From Scyliorhinus canicula (Eukaryota): a stretch of 64,000 nt of DNA. Shown piece after piece: positions 1 through 12,399 of this stretch (positions are counted from its first letter, which is position 1; every line of letters begins with the position of its first letter). The stretch is from NCBI RefSeq assembly GCF_902713615.1, contig NC_052176.1:11546243-11610242 (forward strand), written 5' to 3'. The translations under genes were made by a program, and so were the position numbers. The notes below the pieces were generated by a model that worked only from the letters and a program-made list of their open reading frames with translations, made no database searches and was not told where the DNA came from.

Positions 1-760
1 GGCTCCCATGTTTTGTGGAAGCTCTCTCCCGACCCACAGATGGTGAATTAGATTTTCTCCATTGGGAGAAATTGCGAAAGCCAGTCTGCAGCTTTAGGTG
101 GTGCTGCTGATCGCCAGCCGAGCAGGATTCTACGGCGGGCGATCAGGGAGGCACGGGCATCCGCCCTCCTGCCCATGAAGAGATCTGGCTGGTCTGATAC
201 CCCGAAGGCCGCCACTTTCGGGCATGGCCCTACCCTCTTCCCCACCAGCTTGGACATTGCCTTGAAGAAGGCTGTTCAGTACCCACCAAGTCTGGAGCAA
301 GACTAGATCATGTGGGCATGGTTGGCTGGGCCTCCTTGGCACCGTTCACATCTATCCTCCACCTCTGGGAAGAATCTGCTCATTCGGGTTCTGGTCAACT
401 GGGCCCTATGTACCACTTTTAGCTGCGTCAGGTTGAGCCTCGGGCATGTGGAGGGAGAGTTGACCCTGTGCAGTGCTCCGCTCCAGAATCCCTAGTCTAT
501 TTCGAACCCAAGCCTGCCTCCCATTTCCTCCTTGTCGTGTCCAGTTCGGTGTCGGTTCTCTCTAGCTGTTGTTCGTACATGTCTCTACAGTTCCTTCTGC
601 CTAGGATGTCTGCGTCCAGTAGCTCTTCTAATAGTGTCTGTCATGGTGGTCGCGGGTATGTCCTTGTCTCCTTCCGGAGGAAGGTTTTAAGCTGCAGGTA
701 TCTGAGTTTGTTGTCTTTAGCTAGTTGGAATCTCTGCATCAGTTCTTCCAGTGATGTGAT

Positions 761-1200
761 CCTACCGTCAGTGTATAGGTCCCTGACTGTCAATGTCCTC
801 CCCATCCTGTCTCCACCTACCGTCAGTGTATAGGTCCCTGACTGTCAGTGTCCTCCCCATCCTGTCTCCACCTACCGTCAGTGTATAGGTCCCTGACTGT
901 CAGTGTCCTCCCCATCCTGTCTCCACCTACCGTCAGTGTATAGGTCCCTGACTGTCAGTGTCCTCCCCATCCTGTCTCCACCTACCGTCAGTGTATAGGT
1001 CCCTGACTGTCAGTGTCCTCCCCATCCTGTCTCCACCTACCGTCAGTGTATAGGTCCCTGACTGTCAATGTCCTCCCCATCCTGTCTCCACCTACCGTCA
1101 GTGTATAGGTCCCTGACTGTCAGTGTCCTCCCCATCCTGTCTCCACCTACCGTCAGTGTATAGGTCCCTGACTGTCAATGTCCTCCCCATCCTGTCTCCA
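761..1200. repeat. 55-bp minisatellite, 8 copies, inside L1 ORF2
   Basis: Unit cctaccgtcagtgtataggtccctgactgtcagtgtcctccccatcctgtctcca starts at 761, 816, 871 ... 1146. Confidence 0.95.
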
Positions 1201-3133
1201 CCTTTTGAAGGTGGCGTCGGTGAGTGCTGGTGTGAACCTGCGGTTATTGCACATGGGGCTTTGTCAGATATTTTGGTCAGCCCGAATTGCTGCCGCAGTT
1301 GGTTCCACGTCTGGAGGGTGGCTATCACCATTGGGCTGCTGGAGTGTTTCTTGGGCGGGGATGGGAAAGCCGCCGTGGCGAGGGCCCGGAGGGAGGTCCC
1401 CTTGAGGGGGCCTCCTCTGCGCACATCCACTCAGCTTCTGTCTCCTTTGTCCATCCCATCTCTCTTTCCGCTATCGCTGCCCAGGGTTAGAATTGAAGGT
1501 TTGGGAGGGCTAGCACTCCCCTGGATTTTGGTTTCTGTACGACCTTCTTTGTGATTCTAGCATTCTTTCCCCACATACAAACGCCATGTTTAACTTGTCC
1601 AGTGAGTTAAAAAAGGCCTTGGGGATATAGATTGGGATGGATCTAAATCGGAAGAGGTATCTGGGCAGTACGTTCATTTTGATCATCGATACTCTTCCCC
1701 CTGCCAGGGAGAGTGGGAATGTGTTCCATCTCTGCAGGTCCTTTTTGACTTCCTCTGCCAGACTGGTCAGGTTCCATTTGTGGATCCCCGCCCAGTGATG
1801 AGCGATTAGGATCCCCAGGTAGTGGAATTTGTGTTGGGCTTGTTTTAGCGGCAGTCCCACCAGTGCTGCCCCTCCCCCTTGCCGGTTCACCGGGAAAATC
1901 TCACTTTTGCTCATGTTGAGTTTGTCGGCCGAGACGGCACCAATCTCTTTCAGGATGCGATGATTCCTTCCATGCTGCTTTGTGGGTCCGAGATGTAGAG
2001 GAGCAGGTCACCTGCATAGAGCGAGACTCCATACTCTCAGCCTCCTCTTTGGAGCCCCCTCCAGTTCTTTGCTGTTTTGAGTGCGACCTGTAATGGTTCG
2101 ATCGCTGGAGTGAACAGCAGCAGTGACAGCGGGCATCCCTGCCTGGTGCCCTTGTGCAGCTGGAAGTACTGGGAGCTGGTGTTGTTTCTCCATACGCTCG
2201 CCATGGGAGTGTTGTACAGGAGCTTCACCCAGGAGGTGAACCCTGGTCCGAACCCGAACCGCTTCTGTACCTCTATAAGGAACTTCCACTTGACTCTGTC
2301 GAAGGCCTTTTCTGCGTCCAGGGAAACTATTATCTTAGGTGCTCTGTCCCCGGATGGGGTCATGATCACGTTCAGCAGGCGCCTGATGTTCAATGTTAGC
2401 TGTCTACCTTTGACAAAGCCCGTTTGATCCTCTGCGACCACCTCTGGTACGCAGTCTTCTCATCTTTTGGCCAGGATCTTGGCCAATATTTTTGTATCTT
2501 CGTTCAGTAGTGAGATGGGTCTGTATGAATCGTATTCAGTCGGGTCTTTCTTAGCTATTAGCGAGATTGAGGCTTGTGCTGGCATAGGTGGCAGTCTGCC
2601 CCTTGCCAGCGAGTCTGTGAACATCTCCCGCAGGTGAGGGGCCAGTGCTGTTGCAAATGTTTTGTAGAAGTCCGCCAGGAACCCGTCTGGTCCGGCTGCC
2701 TTCCCCGCCTGCATGGAGCTTATACTCTCCATGTCCTCTCCCAGTTCTAGCGGTGCTCCCAGGCCCCATTTACTGTCCTCCCCATGACTGGCATGTCTAG
2801 TCTATCAAGGAACGGTTTCATCCCCGAGCCCCCTGTTGGGGGATCTGAGGTGTACAGTCCCCAGTCAAAGTCCTCGAAGGCCTTGCTAACCTTGTCTGGG
2901 TCTGTTTCTAATGTGCCTCTGTTGTGCCTAATTTGCGCGCTTTGTCCCCGTGTTTGTGTAGGGTTCCCCGTGCCTGGTGGAGTTGGTTCACTGCTTTCCT
3001 CGTGGAGAGCAGGTCAAAGTCCATTTGTAGCTTTTTCCTTTCCGCTAAGAGCTCTGCTGTTGGGGCCAGCTGCTGCCGAGCCTCTCTCTCCTCTCTATCC
3101 CTTCCCACTTTAAAGGCAATCATTTCCCCTCTA

Positions 3134-3367
3134 TTTTGAATTTAGAGTACCCAACACATTTTTTATTTTCTTTTTCAAATTAAGGGGCAATTTAGCGTGG
3201 CCAATCCACCTGGCTTGCACATCATTGGGTTGTGAGGGCGAAACCCACACAAACACGGGGAGAATGTGCAAACTCCACACTGACAGTGACCCAGATCCGA
3301 GATCGAACCTGGGACCTCGGCGTAAGTGAGGCTGCAGTGCTAACCCACTGCGCCACCATTCTGCCCA
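3134..3367 (-). mobile_element. HE1-like tRNA-derived SINE with 12-bp TSD
   Basis: Minus-strand head GGGCAGAATGGTGGCGCAGTGGGTTAGCAC with A/B-box-like motifs; TSD atttcccctcta at 3122-3133 and 3368-3379. Confidence 0.85.
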
Positions 3368-6300
3368 ATTTCCCCTCTAATCACGGCCTTTAGCGCCTCC
3401 CAGAACGTGGAGGATGAAACCTCCACCATCTTGTTTGTCGTATACCCCGCTATGGCCTGCGATACCCTCTCGCTGAAGTCCTTGTAGGGCAGTGTCCAAC
3501 CTCCATGTGGGGCGTTGGGTGCTGCCTGTCTCTAACCTCATGTCCATATAATGTGGAACGTGGTCGGAGATTCCAATTGTGGAGTACTCCGCCTTGACCA
3601 GCCCTGGGAGCACCCATTTTTCGACCACAAAGAAGTCAATCCTCGAGTATATTAGTGGACTGGGGAGAAGAAGGAGAACTCCTTCTGCCCTGGGCGGGTG
3701 ATCCTCCATGGGTCCACTGTCCCCATCTGCCCCATGAAGCGACCGGGTTCCTTTTCCATCTTCCAAGATGTTCCCCATTCTGGGGTTTGACCTCTCTGTC
3801 CTTGGGTCCTGTACACAGTAAAAGTCCCCCCACCCCCCACCATGATCAGTCGGTGCGTCGCTATGTAGGGGATTCCCACCATGGTCTTTTTAATCCATTT
3901 TGCGTTGTCCCAGTTGGGAGCGTACACATTGACATTACTACCGCTGCGCCATCCAGCCATGACGGACCATCCCCTTGGGTCCATTACCGTCTTTGTCGCC
4001 TTAAACATCGTCCTGTTCTTTAACAGAATCACTACCCCCTGGCACTCATCCCATAGCAGGAACGGTAAGTCTGTCCCACCCAGCCCTTCCTTACCTGCTG
4101 CCTGTGCTGGTCTCTCGGGTGTCTGTCTTGGAGGATAACTATGTCGGCCCTCATGCTTCTTCGGTGGATGAAGACTCTGGATCTTTTGACTGGGCCGTTA
4201 TGTCCCTGACATTCCGGGTGACTATCCTGGTGGGGGAGGTTTGTCCCCCTGCTCCTGTGGGATTAACCATACTTACCTGGTGGACGTGTCCCTGCACTCC
4301 GGGGTTTCCCTTTGTCCAGGGGGCACCAAGCACGGCTGCCAACAGTGTGTCTCCATATAGGCAGGCCCCTGTACTCCAGGGTCTCCCTTCGCCCAGAGAC
4401 CGTACTGGGTGGATGTCTGCAGTGCTCCTTTGTTTTGGGCCCCTGCCTGTGGCCCTATGTAGCCATCCTGTAGCAGCCTCCCCGAATAGGCGCCGGAATG
4501 TGGCGACTAGGGGCTTTTCGCAGTAACTTCATTTGAAACTTCCCACTGTCCTCCCACCCAACCTCTGTGGTTTCTGTTTGTTCTTTCCACATCATGCCCG
4601 ACACTTGGTCCTCCGCTTTTTTCCCTTGTCTGTACGTTTGGGGCCACCATCTTCCATCTCCAGCGGTCACTCGGATGGTGGCTCATAGTTCGTCAAGTCG
4701 GTTGTGTTGTGAGGGGGGGTGGCGGAGGGGTGAGGTTCTCTCCCCCCCCCCCCCCCTTGTTGGTTTGCGTTGCCGCTCTTTGCCGGGACACTTCCCCCGC
4801 CTCTCCTGTTGTCGCTGCCCCAGCCCGCAGTCTGCAACAAACTGATCTGCTTCAGGCAGGGCCATAAAAAATGGTCTTTGCCCTGGTATGTAACCCAGGC
4901 CTGGCTGGATATAACATTCTTAAGTGAACGCCGCTTTCGTACAGCGCTGCTTTGGCCCTGTTAAATCCAGCTCTGCACGTGGCCAGGTCAGCCCCAATGT
5001 CCTGATAAATTCGGAGTCTGTGTCCTTCCCAATTGCAGTTCCTGGACTGCCTGGCCCAGAGCAGGATTCTTTCCCAGTGCTGGTATTGCTGTACTTTGGC
5101 TTTGATGGCATTTGGTTATTCCCCAGCCTTGGGATTCGGTCGCAGCGACTGGTGATCCCTGTCTATTTCTGGTGGGTTTGGGAAGATCACCCTTCCCACC
5201 AGGTTGCCCAGCATTTGGGCCATGTAGTCCGTGGGCTCTCTGCCTTCGGTTCCTTCTGGTTGGCCCACGATTCACAGGTTCTGCCTCCTGGACTGAGTTT
5301 CCTGGTCCTTGACCTTCCCACTCAGGTTACCCTGCGCTGCGACCAGTCTCTCCACCTCCTTTTCCAGAGCCACCATCGGTGGGTTTGGTCGGTTGCGGCT
5401 CTCTCAAGGCCTTTGATGGTGGCTTCCTGAGCCTCCAGTTTCTTTTCGGCCCTGCTCAGAGCTATCTGTATTTGCAGCAGAGTTTCAGCAAATGCCTCTT
5501 TCATCGCGGCCTGTATGTCAGTTTGAATTTCTTGATGATGCTCTTTCAGTGCCTCTGAGAGGGATGCCACCGTCCAGTTCCCTCCCAGTGAGGGAGGGTT
5601 TTGTACTTGGCTGTTCAGCCTTTTTTGCTCCGGCTTGTGCTCCGCTGCCTCGTGCGCTGGTCCCCAATCCGATTGCCTCCGCTCCAGATCCCTTCCACGT
5701 CTGGTCCCCGTGCAGCTTCTGGCCTGGCCTTTTCCCATCATTTTATTTCTCCTTCTTTTGTCTCCCGTGTTTGGGGAACAGATCAGTGGTAGGTTTGGCA
5801 AGTTTTTTAAAAAAAGGGTGATTGTTTCACGGTGCTGTGGGAGGAGAGCGAGAAAAAGAGAAAAAAAAGGGGGAGAGAGAGAAAAAATGGAAGAAAAGAA
5901 AGAAAAAAGAAGAGAGCCCCCTAAGAAACAAACAAAAAGGAGAAGAGAACTGAGAAAACAAAATCCCCGATGAAGAAAACTGAGATCTGCTCCAAACGGG
6001 CTGACAAGCCCGAAGTGCCGGTACCTGCGCGGGAGGCCACCCACGATGCAGTGGGCAATCACCCCAGCCCCGCAGAGAGAGAAAAGGAAAAATAAACCCC
6101 CGAGAAATGGAAAAAGAGGCCAACAAGACAAGCAACAAAGAAAACGGAGGAAGTCAAGACCATGGGGAGAGAGATCCCATGAGAGAGAGGGGGAGAGAGA
6201 AATAAAGACCCACGGGAGGAGACAACAAGAGAGGAAAAAAAAACACCTCCAAAAAGACGGAGTTCTCCTTTGATCAGCCCGAACTGCCGGCACCAGTGGA

Positions 6301-6539
6301 GGAGCCGCACTGTGTCTTCACTTACAATTCTTTAGTTGCTCAAACAATAGTTCTTTCTTTTCTTCCCCTGTACTCTGGAAAGTGCCTCCTTATGCCAAGT
6401 TCGGAACTTTACAAAATATTTCAATTGTTGCACGTAAAGGTATTTTTGATTGTAGTGGAGAGCCTCCACGTGCGTGCTACCCCCTCTGACCACAGCCCCC
6501 CCCTGTGTTTTGACACTTAACTCATTTTACAAATTCCCT

Positions 6540-7215
6540 CATTTCACACATTCACAGGTTTACACACTCCCCTTGTTTTGCACACTCTCCTTGTTTTACA
6601 CAGTCCTATAGGTTACACATTATCCTGGTTAACACATCCATCTGCTTAATACACTCCCCTGTTCCACACACGACCCTGGTTTACACACTTCCAATAGTTT
6701 GCACACTCCCCAGGCTTACCCACTCTTCTGTTATGCTTGGCTTTCCACACTCCCCTGGATTTACACACTCTCCAAGTTTACAGATTCCCCGCTTTTCACA
6801 CTCACCTGTTGTCCACACTCTCCTGCTTGTAAGCACTCCCTGGGTTACATTCACCACTAATTTTACACACTCTCCTGGATTTAAACTCCCCTGATTTTAC
6901 CCAACCACGATATGCACACACCCATTTTATGTAATTGCTGCTTTTACACAATCCTCTCTTAAACACACTTACACACCTGGTATTACACCCTCCAATTCTA
7001 AAGAATCGCACAATCATTGGGGTTTACACATTGCCCGGCTTTACACACTTCATTGCTTTTGCACACTCCTGATTCACACACACCCAGGTTGCACAATCAT
7101 TTGCTTTTTCACACTTCTCTTGTTAACGCACTTACACCCGTGGCTTTACACGCTCCATTGGTTGTACACACGTCCCTGGCTTTACACATTCCCAGTTTAC
7201 ATAATTCTATTATAC
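6540..7215 (+). repeat. Degenerate ~17-bp C/A-rich repeat array (tttacacactcccctgg); left arm of an inverted pair
   Basis: Recurrent ttacacactcccc motif; 7000-7215 is reverse-complementary to 7770-7960. Confidence 0.75.
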
Positions 7216-7769
7216 TATTACCAGCAAAATCCATCTCCATCACTGTGCCATAGACAGTCTCGGTGCTTGATGAAGTTCATGCTTATGTCATTGATGCAGC
7301 CCATATGTTACAAATAAGAACATTCATAACTTAAGCAGAATGGGAAAGGCAGCTTCAGACATAAGGACAAGACCTGGTCTCATGGCACAAGAAGAGACCG
7401 AAGCAATGACACACATTGTAAGAATTGCAATTGGTAAACGTGCAGGAACTGAATAAGAATTTTAAAATCCAGCTTTGACAATTTGTCATGGTGCCCATTA
7501 CAGAGAAAGTGCTGCAAGCTGCTCAGAACTGGGTGTCAACTATTCAAGTGGAGACTGGAGAAGCTGAGTTCTTTGACAAGAGTATTAGATTTGTTCAGAG
7601 ATTGTGTTGACTATGAGAGCGCAATAAGGAAGATTTTAATGTTTTTTTACCCGTACAATATGTCCCACACTAACACAATGAGAAGCCTTGATATATTTGG
7701 TATTGAGATATTGAGTCAGATGTGCTTCATATTCGAACAAGGGAACAATTAAATCAAATCTATCATAAT

Positions 7770-8580
7770 ATAATGGAATTATGTAAACTGGGAATGTGCA
7801 AAGCCAGGGAAGTGTACAACCAATGGAGCGTGTAAAATCAGGTGTGTAAGTGTGTTAATGAGGGGAGTGTATAAAAACAGGTGATTGTGCAACCTGGGGG
7901 TGTGTGTAAAACAGTGGAGTGTGTAAAGCCTTGGAGTGTGCAAACCCAGTGATTGTGCAATGCAGATGTCTATAAAACTGGAGGGTGTAAAGCCAGGGGT
8001 GGGTGAAAACCAAAGGTAAAGGGTGTTTCAGTATGGATTGTGTAAAAGCTCAATATGGGTGTGTGTAAATCAGTGGAATGTATAAGACCAGGAGAGTATG
8101 TAAAATTAGTGTGTGTGAAAAGCAGGAGGGTGTGTAAAACCAGGGGGTGGGTAAAGCCAGTAGGATGTGCACAATAAACAAGTGTGTAAACTTGGAGAAT
8201 GTGGTAATGTGCAAATTTGCAGCGTGTATAAAACCAGGAGAGAGTGTAAATCCTGGGAGAACAGAGGACTGTAAACCTGGAGAGTGTGGGCGCCAGGGAT
8301 GTCTGAACTAACAATCTGTGTAAAACCAGGGGAGACTGTAAAGCCTGGTACAACAGAGGAGTGGGTAACCCTGGGGAATGTGATACCCAGGGATGTGTAA
8401 ACTAGCGGTGTGCGTAAGTGCAGGGGAGAGTGTAAAACCTGGTATATCAGAGGAATGTTTAACCTGGGCAGTGGTACCCGGTGATATGTGAACAACCAGT
8501 GTGTGTATAAAACTAAGGGAGACTGTAAACCAGGACAGTGCGCGAAGCGGGAGAGTGCGCGAAGCAGGAGAGTGTGTCCA
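7770..8580 (-). repeat. Degenerate ~17-bp G/T-rich array (ggggagtgtgtaaa); right arm of the inverted pair
   Basis: 7778-7837 attatgtaaactgggaatgtg...caaccaatggagcgtgtaaa is the reverse complement of 7146-7205. Confidence 0.75.
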
Positions 8581-10100
8581 AATCGAATTCACTTTCAAAT
8601 TGGAAAGGGGTGAAAATGAAGTGAATCAGTGAAATGGTAGTTTGTAGAAAGTGTGAGTTTGAGGGGCTGAATGACAGTGTAATAACAAACAAGCTGCAGG
8701 CAATGGCTGCAAATTGAATATCTCATTGGGACAAGCACACAGCTACAAAGGTGATTGGTTGAGCCCTGGGACGCTGTTGCACGTTTTACTATGGGCGTAA
8801 AACGCGTTTATTGGAGTGTATTAACACGCCTCCGTATTCGACGTGTGCTTAACACTACTAGGCTCTGTTCTATGTATTTATTCAGCTCTGGAGTCGCCAG
8901 GTGCCGTATAGACACCGTCACAAGTATTCCAAGGTCAAGTTCAAAGTAATAAAGACGATACACCGATTAGTAAGGTTCAAACGATCAATATTTATTATAC
9001 AGTTATAATAAATACTCATGCACACACTAAGAGACTAAGCTATAACTAAACTTAAGTGATCAGAATACTTATCTAACAGGAACAGGCAAGGTCAGAGAAC
9101 GAGGCCTTCGTCCTGGTCTTGTACTGCAGCCTTCAGCAAGCGTTCTGGTACTGGGGGTCTAGTGGGCTTGGATCGCGTAGCGAGCGTTGAACTTACGGTT
9201 TCGGCGGCTGGTGCTCAACGGCTGGAGTCAGGATGCAAGATGTCTATCAGGGCCGGAGCACGGGTTTAACAGACTGGGCTATGTGGGGAATTTGCCTTTA
9301 TACCCCTCTCTAATGTCCTTGCCCCCTTCTAGGCGGGCTCTACCTTTCGGTACCGATTGGAGCGTTTCCAAACGGTTACCTTCGAAATCCTCCAATGCGA
9401 GGGCCTTCCTCGGTGTTGGGGGGTGGTTTCGATATTCGTTACTCTGGTGCCATCCTGTCTGCGCAACCAATTAAGTGTTACATTGAGATGGAAATGTTGC
9501 CATTGTTCGTGCCTGGATCTGGGCTGCCTCATCAGAATGCTAAGCGCTTTGCCATTAACACCTTTGGCTTGGAGATCTTGCACCTGGCCAGAAACTGGTT
9601 TGCTGCTTGCAAAATGCTAATTAGTTGAGAGCAGGCTGTCTGTTCTCACTAAACAGGCTTTTCCTTCTGTCTTCCATTTTACTTTGGCTCAGTGTCCATT
9701 TTGCGTGGCCAGCATGGCTACAACGCAGGGCCACTTGCACCCACACACACACAGTCCCCCCAACACGGGCTCTATCGGAGGTTTTGCTCCAAATGTGATG
9801 ACAGTGAAATGGGGAATATTCCCATTGATTCTCAATGCTGGATTGCTGCGGGGATCTGCGCATGCCCGGGGTAGCCCACCCCCTGCCTGTCGGCCTGAGG
9901 CTGAGTGCGCAGGCGCAGTCCCTCCCCCACACTGTCTCTCAGCTCCATTGAGCCAGTGAGCGGAATGGGCTTTCATTCAGCAGCGGTCGGAGAGATCACT
10001 GCCCCACAGGGAAGTGAACAAACAGCATCTGTTCACAGCAGCACATGGCTTTAGAATGGCGGCTGCCCATTGCCTCAGAGAATGGCATTGAGCACTGGGC
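8575..10100 (+). promoter_or_regulatory. Promoter-like module copy 1, interrupted by a solo LTR
   Basis: Same sequence as 21950-22300; ATTGG boxes, NRF1-like tgcgcatgc and tgcgcaggcgca, YY1-like aatggcgg near 10055. Confidence 0.5.
8775..9722. mobile_element. Solo LTR, 948 bp, Gypsy-like
   Basis: TG...CA termini (TGTTGC...GCTACA), 4-bp TSD acgc at 8771-8774 and 9723-9726; the empty site is visible in paralogs (22112, 33430, 55400); AATAAA motifs, no ORF. Confidence 0.85.
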
Positions 10101-11679
10101 CGGACAATCAGGCAGAGGCAGCCGCTGTTTGGGATCTGCCCCCTGGAGCAGGAGCTGCTCCCGGAACTGGAGTTAGTGGGAGGGAAGGAGAAGCAATTCT
10201 CACCCACTGTGTGGACAGGGGCAAAAGCTCTCGCTGCTGAGGATCATTGCTGCTTTCTCTCCTTCAACCAGGCGCCAGCTGAGAAGTGACAAAGTTCTAT
10301 TTTAAACAGTTTCTGCTTGTTTGCTGTTGCACAGTAAGTTCAAAGTGAATTGCCAAGAGAAATCTGTCCCTCCCAGAGTTACTGCTCCATCGCATTGTCC
10401 AGCTCAAGAAACAGTGCGCGGGATGGACTCTGCGTAAATGTCTGAAAATTGTTGTAACATCGCTCCAAACACCAGATCAGCAGGAACAGATTGCTGCAGT
10501 ATTGTGGTGGGCTCACACACTGATGTAATATAATAATCACTTATTGTCACAAGTGGGCTTCAATTAAATTACTGTGAAAAGCCACTAGATGTGCCACTGG
10601 TTTCGCTTTTATGATTGTTCTGTACAGTAATTATTGGGAAAAAATGCATTGAATCCATTTCTATCTTCCAGCTCACCTATTCTTCAGATATCGGAGTTAC
10701 GTTTTCTTTATGCACGGAAAACAATCATGGAAACAGATGATACGTCGACAGAAGGAGAGGTTCAGTGAGTTGGTTCCAGCACACAATAGGTACAGTGTCA
10801 CTCATACAGCACACAGATACTGCCAGATCATTAGGTCTACAGTCCAACAAAAATACAATTAGAGACATACACAGATACACATGTTGCCAGGCAACCTTTC
10901 AGTAAATGAGTCAAACAGAGCAGTTAAGAGGGAGGTTGTATTCATTCCTCTCCAACCTCGTACACCTGTGAGCTGGACACATCAATCTCGGGGCGAAAGC
11001 AACACATCCGTAGATTAAATTGCACGGTATCACATTGGTTAAAAATTAAGTAGATTAACTTCAACACATTGTCTCAGACATTCGTTATGTGGCAGTGCCG
11101 CAGAATTCCACAGTTACACACAACACCAGGGACACAGGACAAGAGACTGACAAAGGCAGAGTGAAGACAACATTGTTGCACCTTGGAGGAAACTGAATCC
11201 AGCAGAGAAAGATACACACATGTTCTCACTTCACCAGAGTAATACAGAAACCGAAGAAATCCCTCGCACACAATATCAGAGAATGACAGAGTAATTCCAG
11301 AGTAAATCCTGCATTTACACACAATACCACCAGTGACAGATCCAGAAGGAAAACAGTATCTGTGTACAGTACCAGAGACTGGTGTGTACAGAATGGTTCA
11401 GCACCACAGTTACTAAGGCAGAGAATGACGATTGCAATACTAATGGAAACTTTATACTCACTTCCAACACTGACATCAATGAGCTGCATATTCATATGTA
11501 ATTCAGAAACTAGACCACATAATTTATCTCAAATTCACATTCAGTTTCCATAGGTACACAATTCACCTCATGCCTCCATACAGCACCCTGGATAGACAGC
11601 CAAAAATTCAAACTTCCTTCAGATGAAGTGCACTAGCCTGACAGATACAGAAGTAAATTTAGTCTCACATTCCAGATTA

Positions 11680-11981
11680 GGGGGTGGCCCAGTGGTTTGA
11701 ACTGCTGCATCACAGCTCCAGGGACCGAGGTTCAATTCCGGCTTTGGGTGACTGGTGTTTGCACTTTATCCCTGTGGGTTTCCTCTCACAGTGCAAAGAT
11801 GTGCAGGTTAGGTGGATAGGTCAGGATAAATTGTCCCTCAGTGTCTAAAAAAGTTAGGTAGTTACTGGGTTATGGGGATAGGGTGGAGGCTTGGGCCCAG
11901 GTAGGTTACTCTTTCCAAGGGTCAGTGCTGGCTCGATGGGCTGAATGGCCTACGCCTGCACTGGAGGGATTCTATGATTCT
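11680..11981 (+). mobile_element. HE1-like SINE
   Basis: tRNA-like head (tggcccagtgg...ggttcaattcc), core aaagatgtgcaggttaggtggat, ttctatga tail. Confidence 0.8.
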
Positions 11982-12399
11982 GCGACAAGAAAAGGCAGAT
12001 GGAGAAAATAGTTGAAACTGACCGGCATGAACAGATACAGAATATATTCCACACACACATCCAAAACCACAGACTTTCAAATCTAGAATTAAGCCCATTA
12101 AACACAGTTCCAGTGAATGGTAGTAAAATAATTAAACTGTAATGTATGAGAGACACAGATTGTCTCTGTGTCCACACTCTCAAACTGCCAGGGATTGAAG
12201 ATCACTGAATGTATCCCACAGTCACACACAATACCTCTGGCTGACAGAGAATAGAAACACACTCACAGAGCAGTGCAGAGACTGGGAGGTACAGATTGAT
12301 AACAACACTCACACACACCAAACAGAGATTGACAAACCACAATTGATCTCTCACACATTCAGTTCAGAGACTGACTGATGCAGAGTGAATCCTAAACTC

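Larger units (their letters stand above)
1..6500 (-). mobile_element. Decayed L1-clade LINE (copy A): ORF1 coiled-coil ~5740-4800, ORF2 endonuclease-RT ~4220-50, many frameshifts and stops; 3' end runs off the window; 5' boundary approximate
   Basis: ORF track fragments carry L1 ORF2 motifs: TRNVR, NVYAPN, SRIDFF/SDH (APE endonuclease); GKAAGPDG, YRPISLLN, QTGFVKGR, SLDAEKAFDRV, GTRQGCPLS, YADD (nt 2005-2020), YLGI. ORF1 contains EALKEHHQEIQ...LEAQEATIKGLE coiled-coil. Confidence 0.9.

Noticed and set aside
761-1200. CRISPR-like appearance of the regular repeats (also 42047 and 50012)
   Set aside because: Head-to-tail units with no unique spacers, eukaryotic context and no cas genes.
3134-3367. 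tRNA genes at SINE heads
   Set aside because: The A/B-box heads continue into SINE bodies with TSDs; no complete cloverleaf is supported.
5741-6293. Hydrophobic 'membrane protein' N-terminus of the 323-aa ORF
   Set aside because: Translation of a pyrimidine-rich low-complexity tract that happens to be in frame with L1 ORF1.
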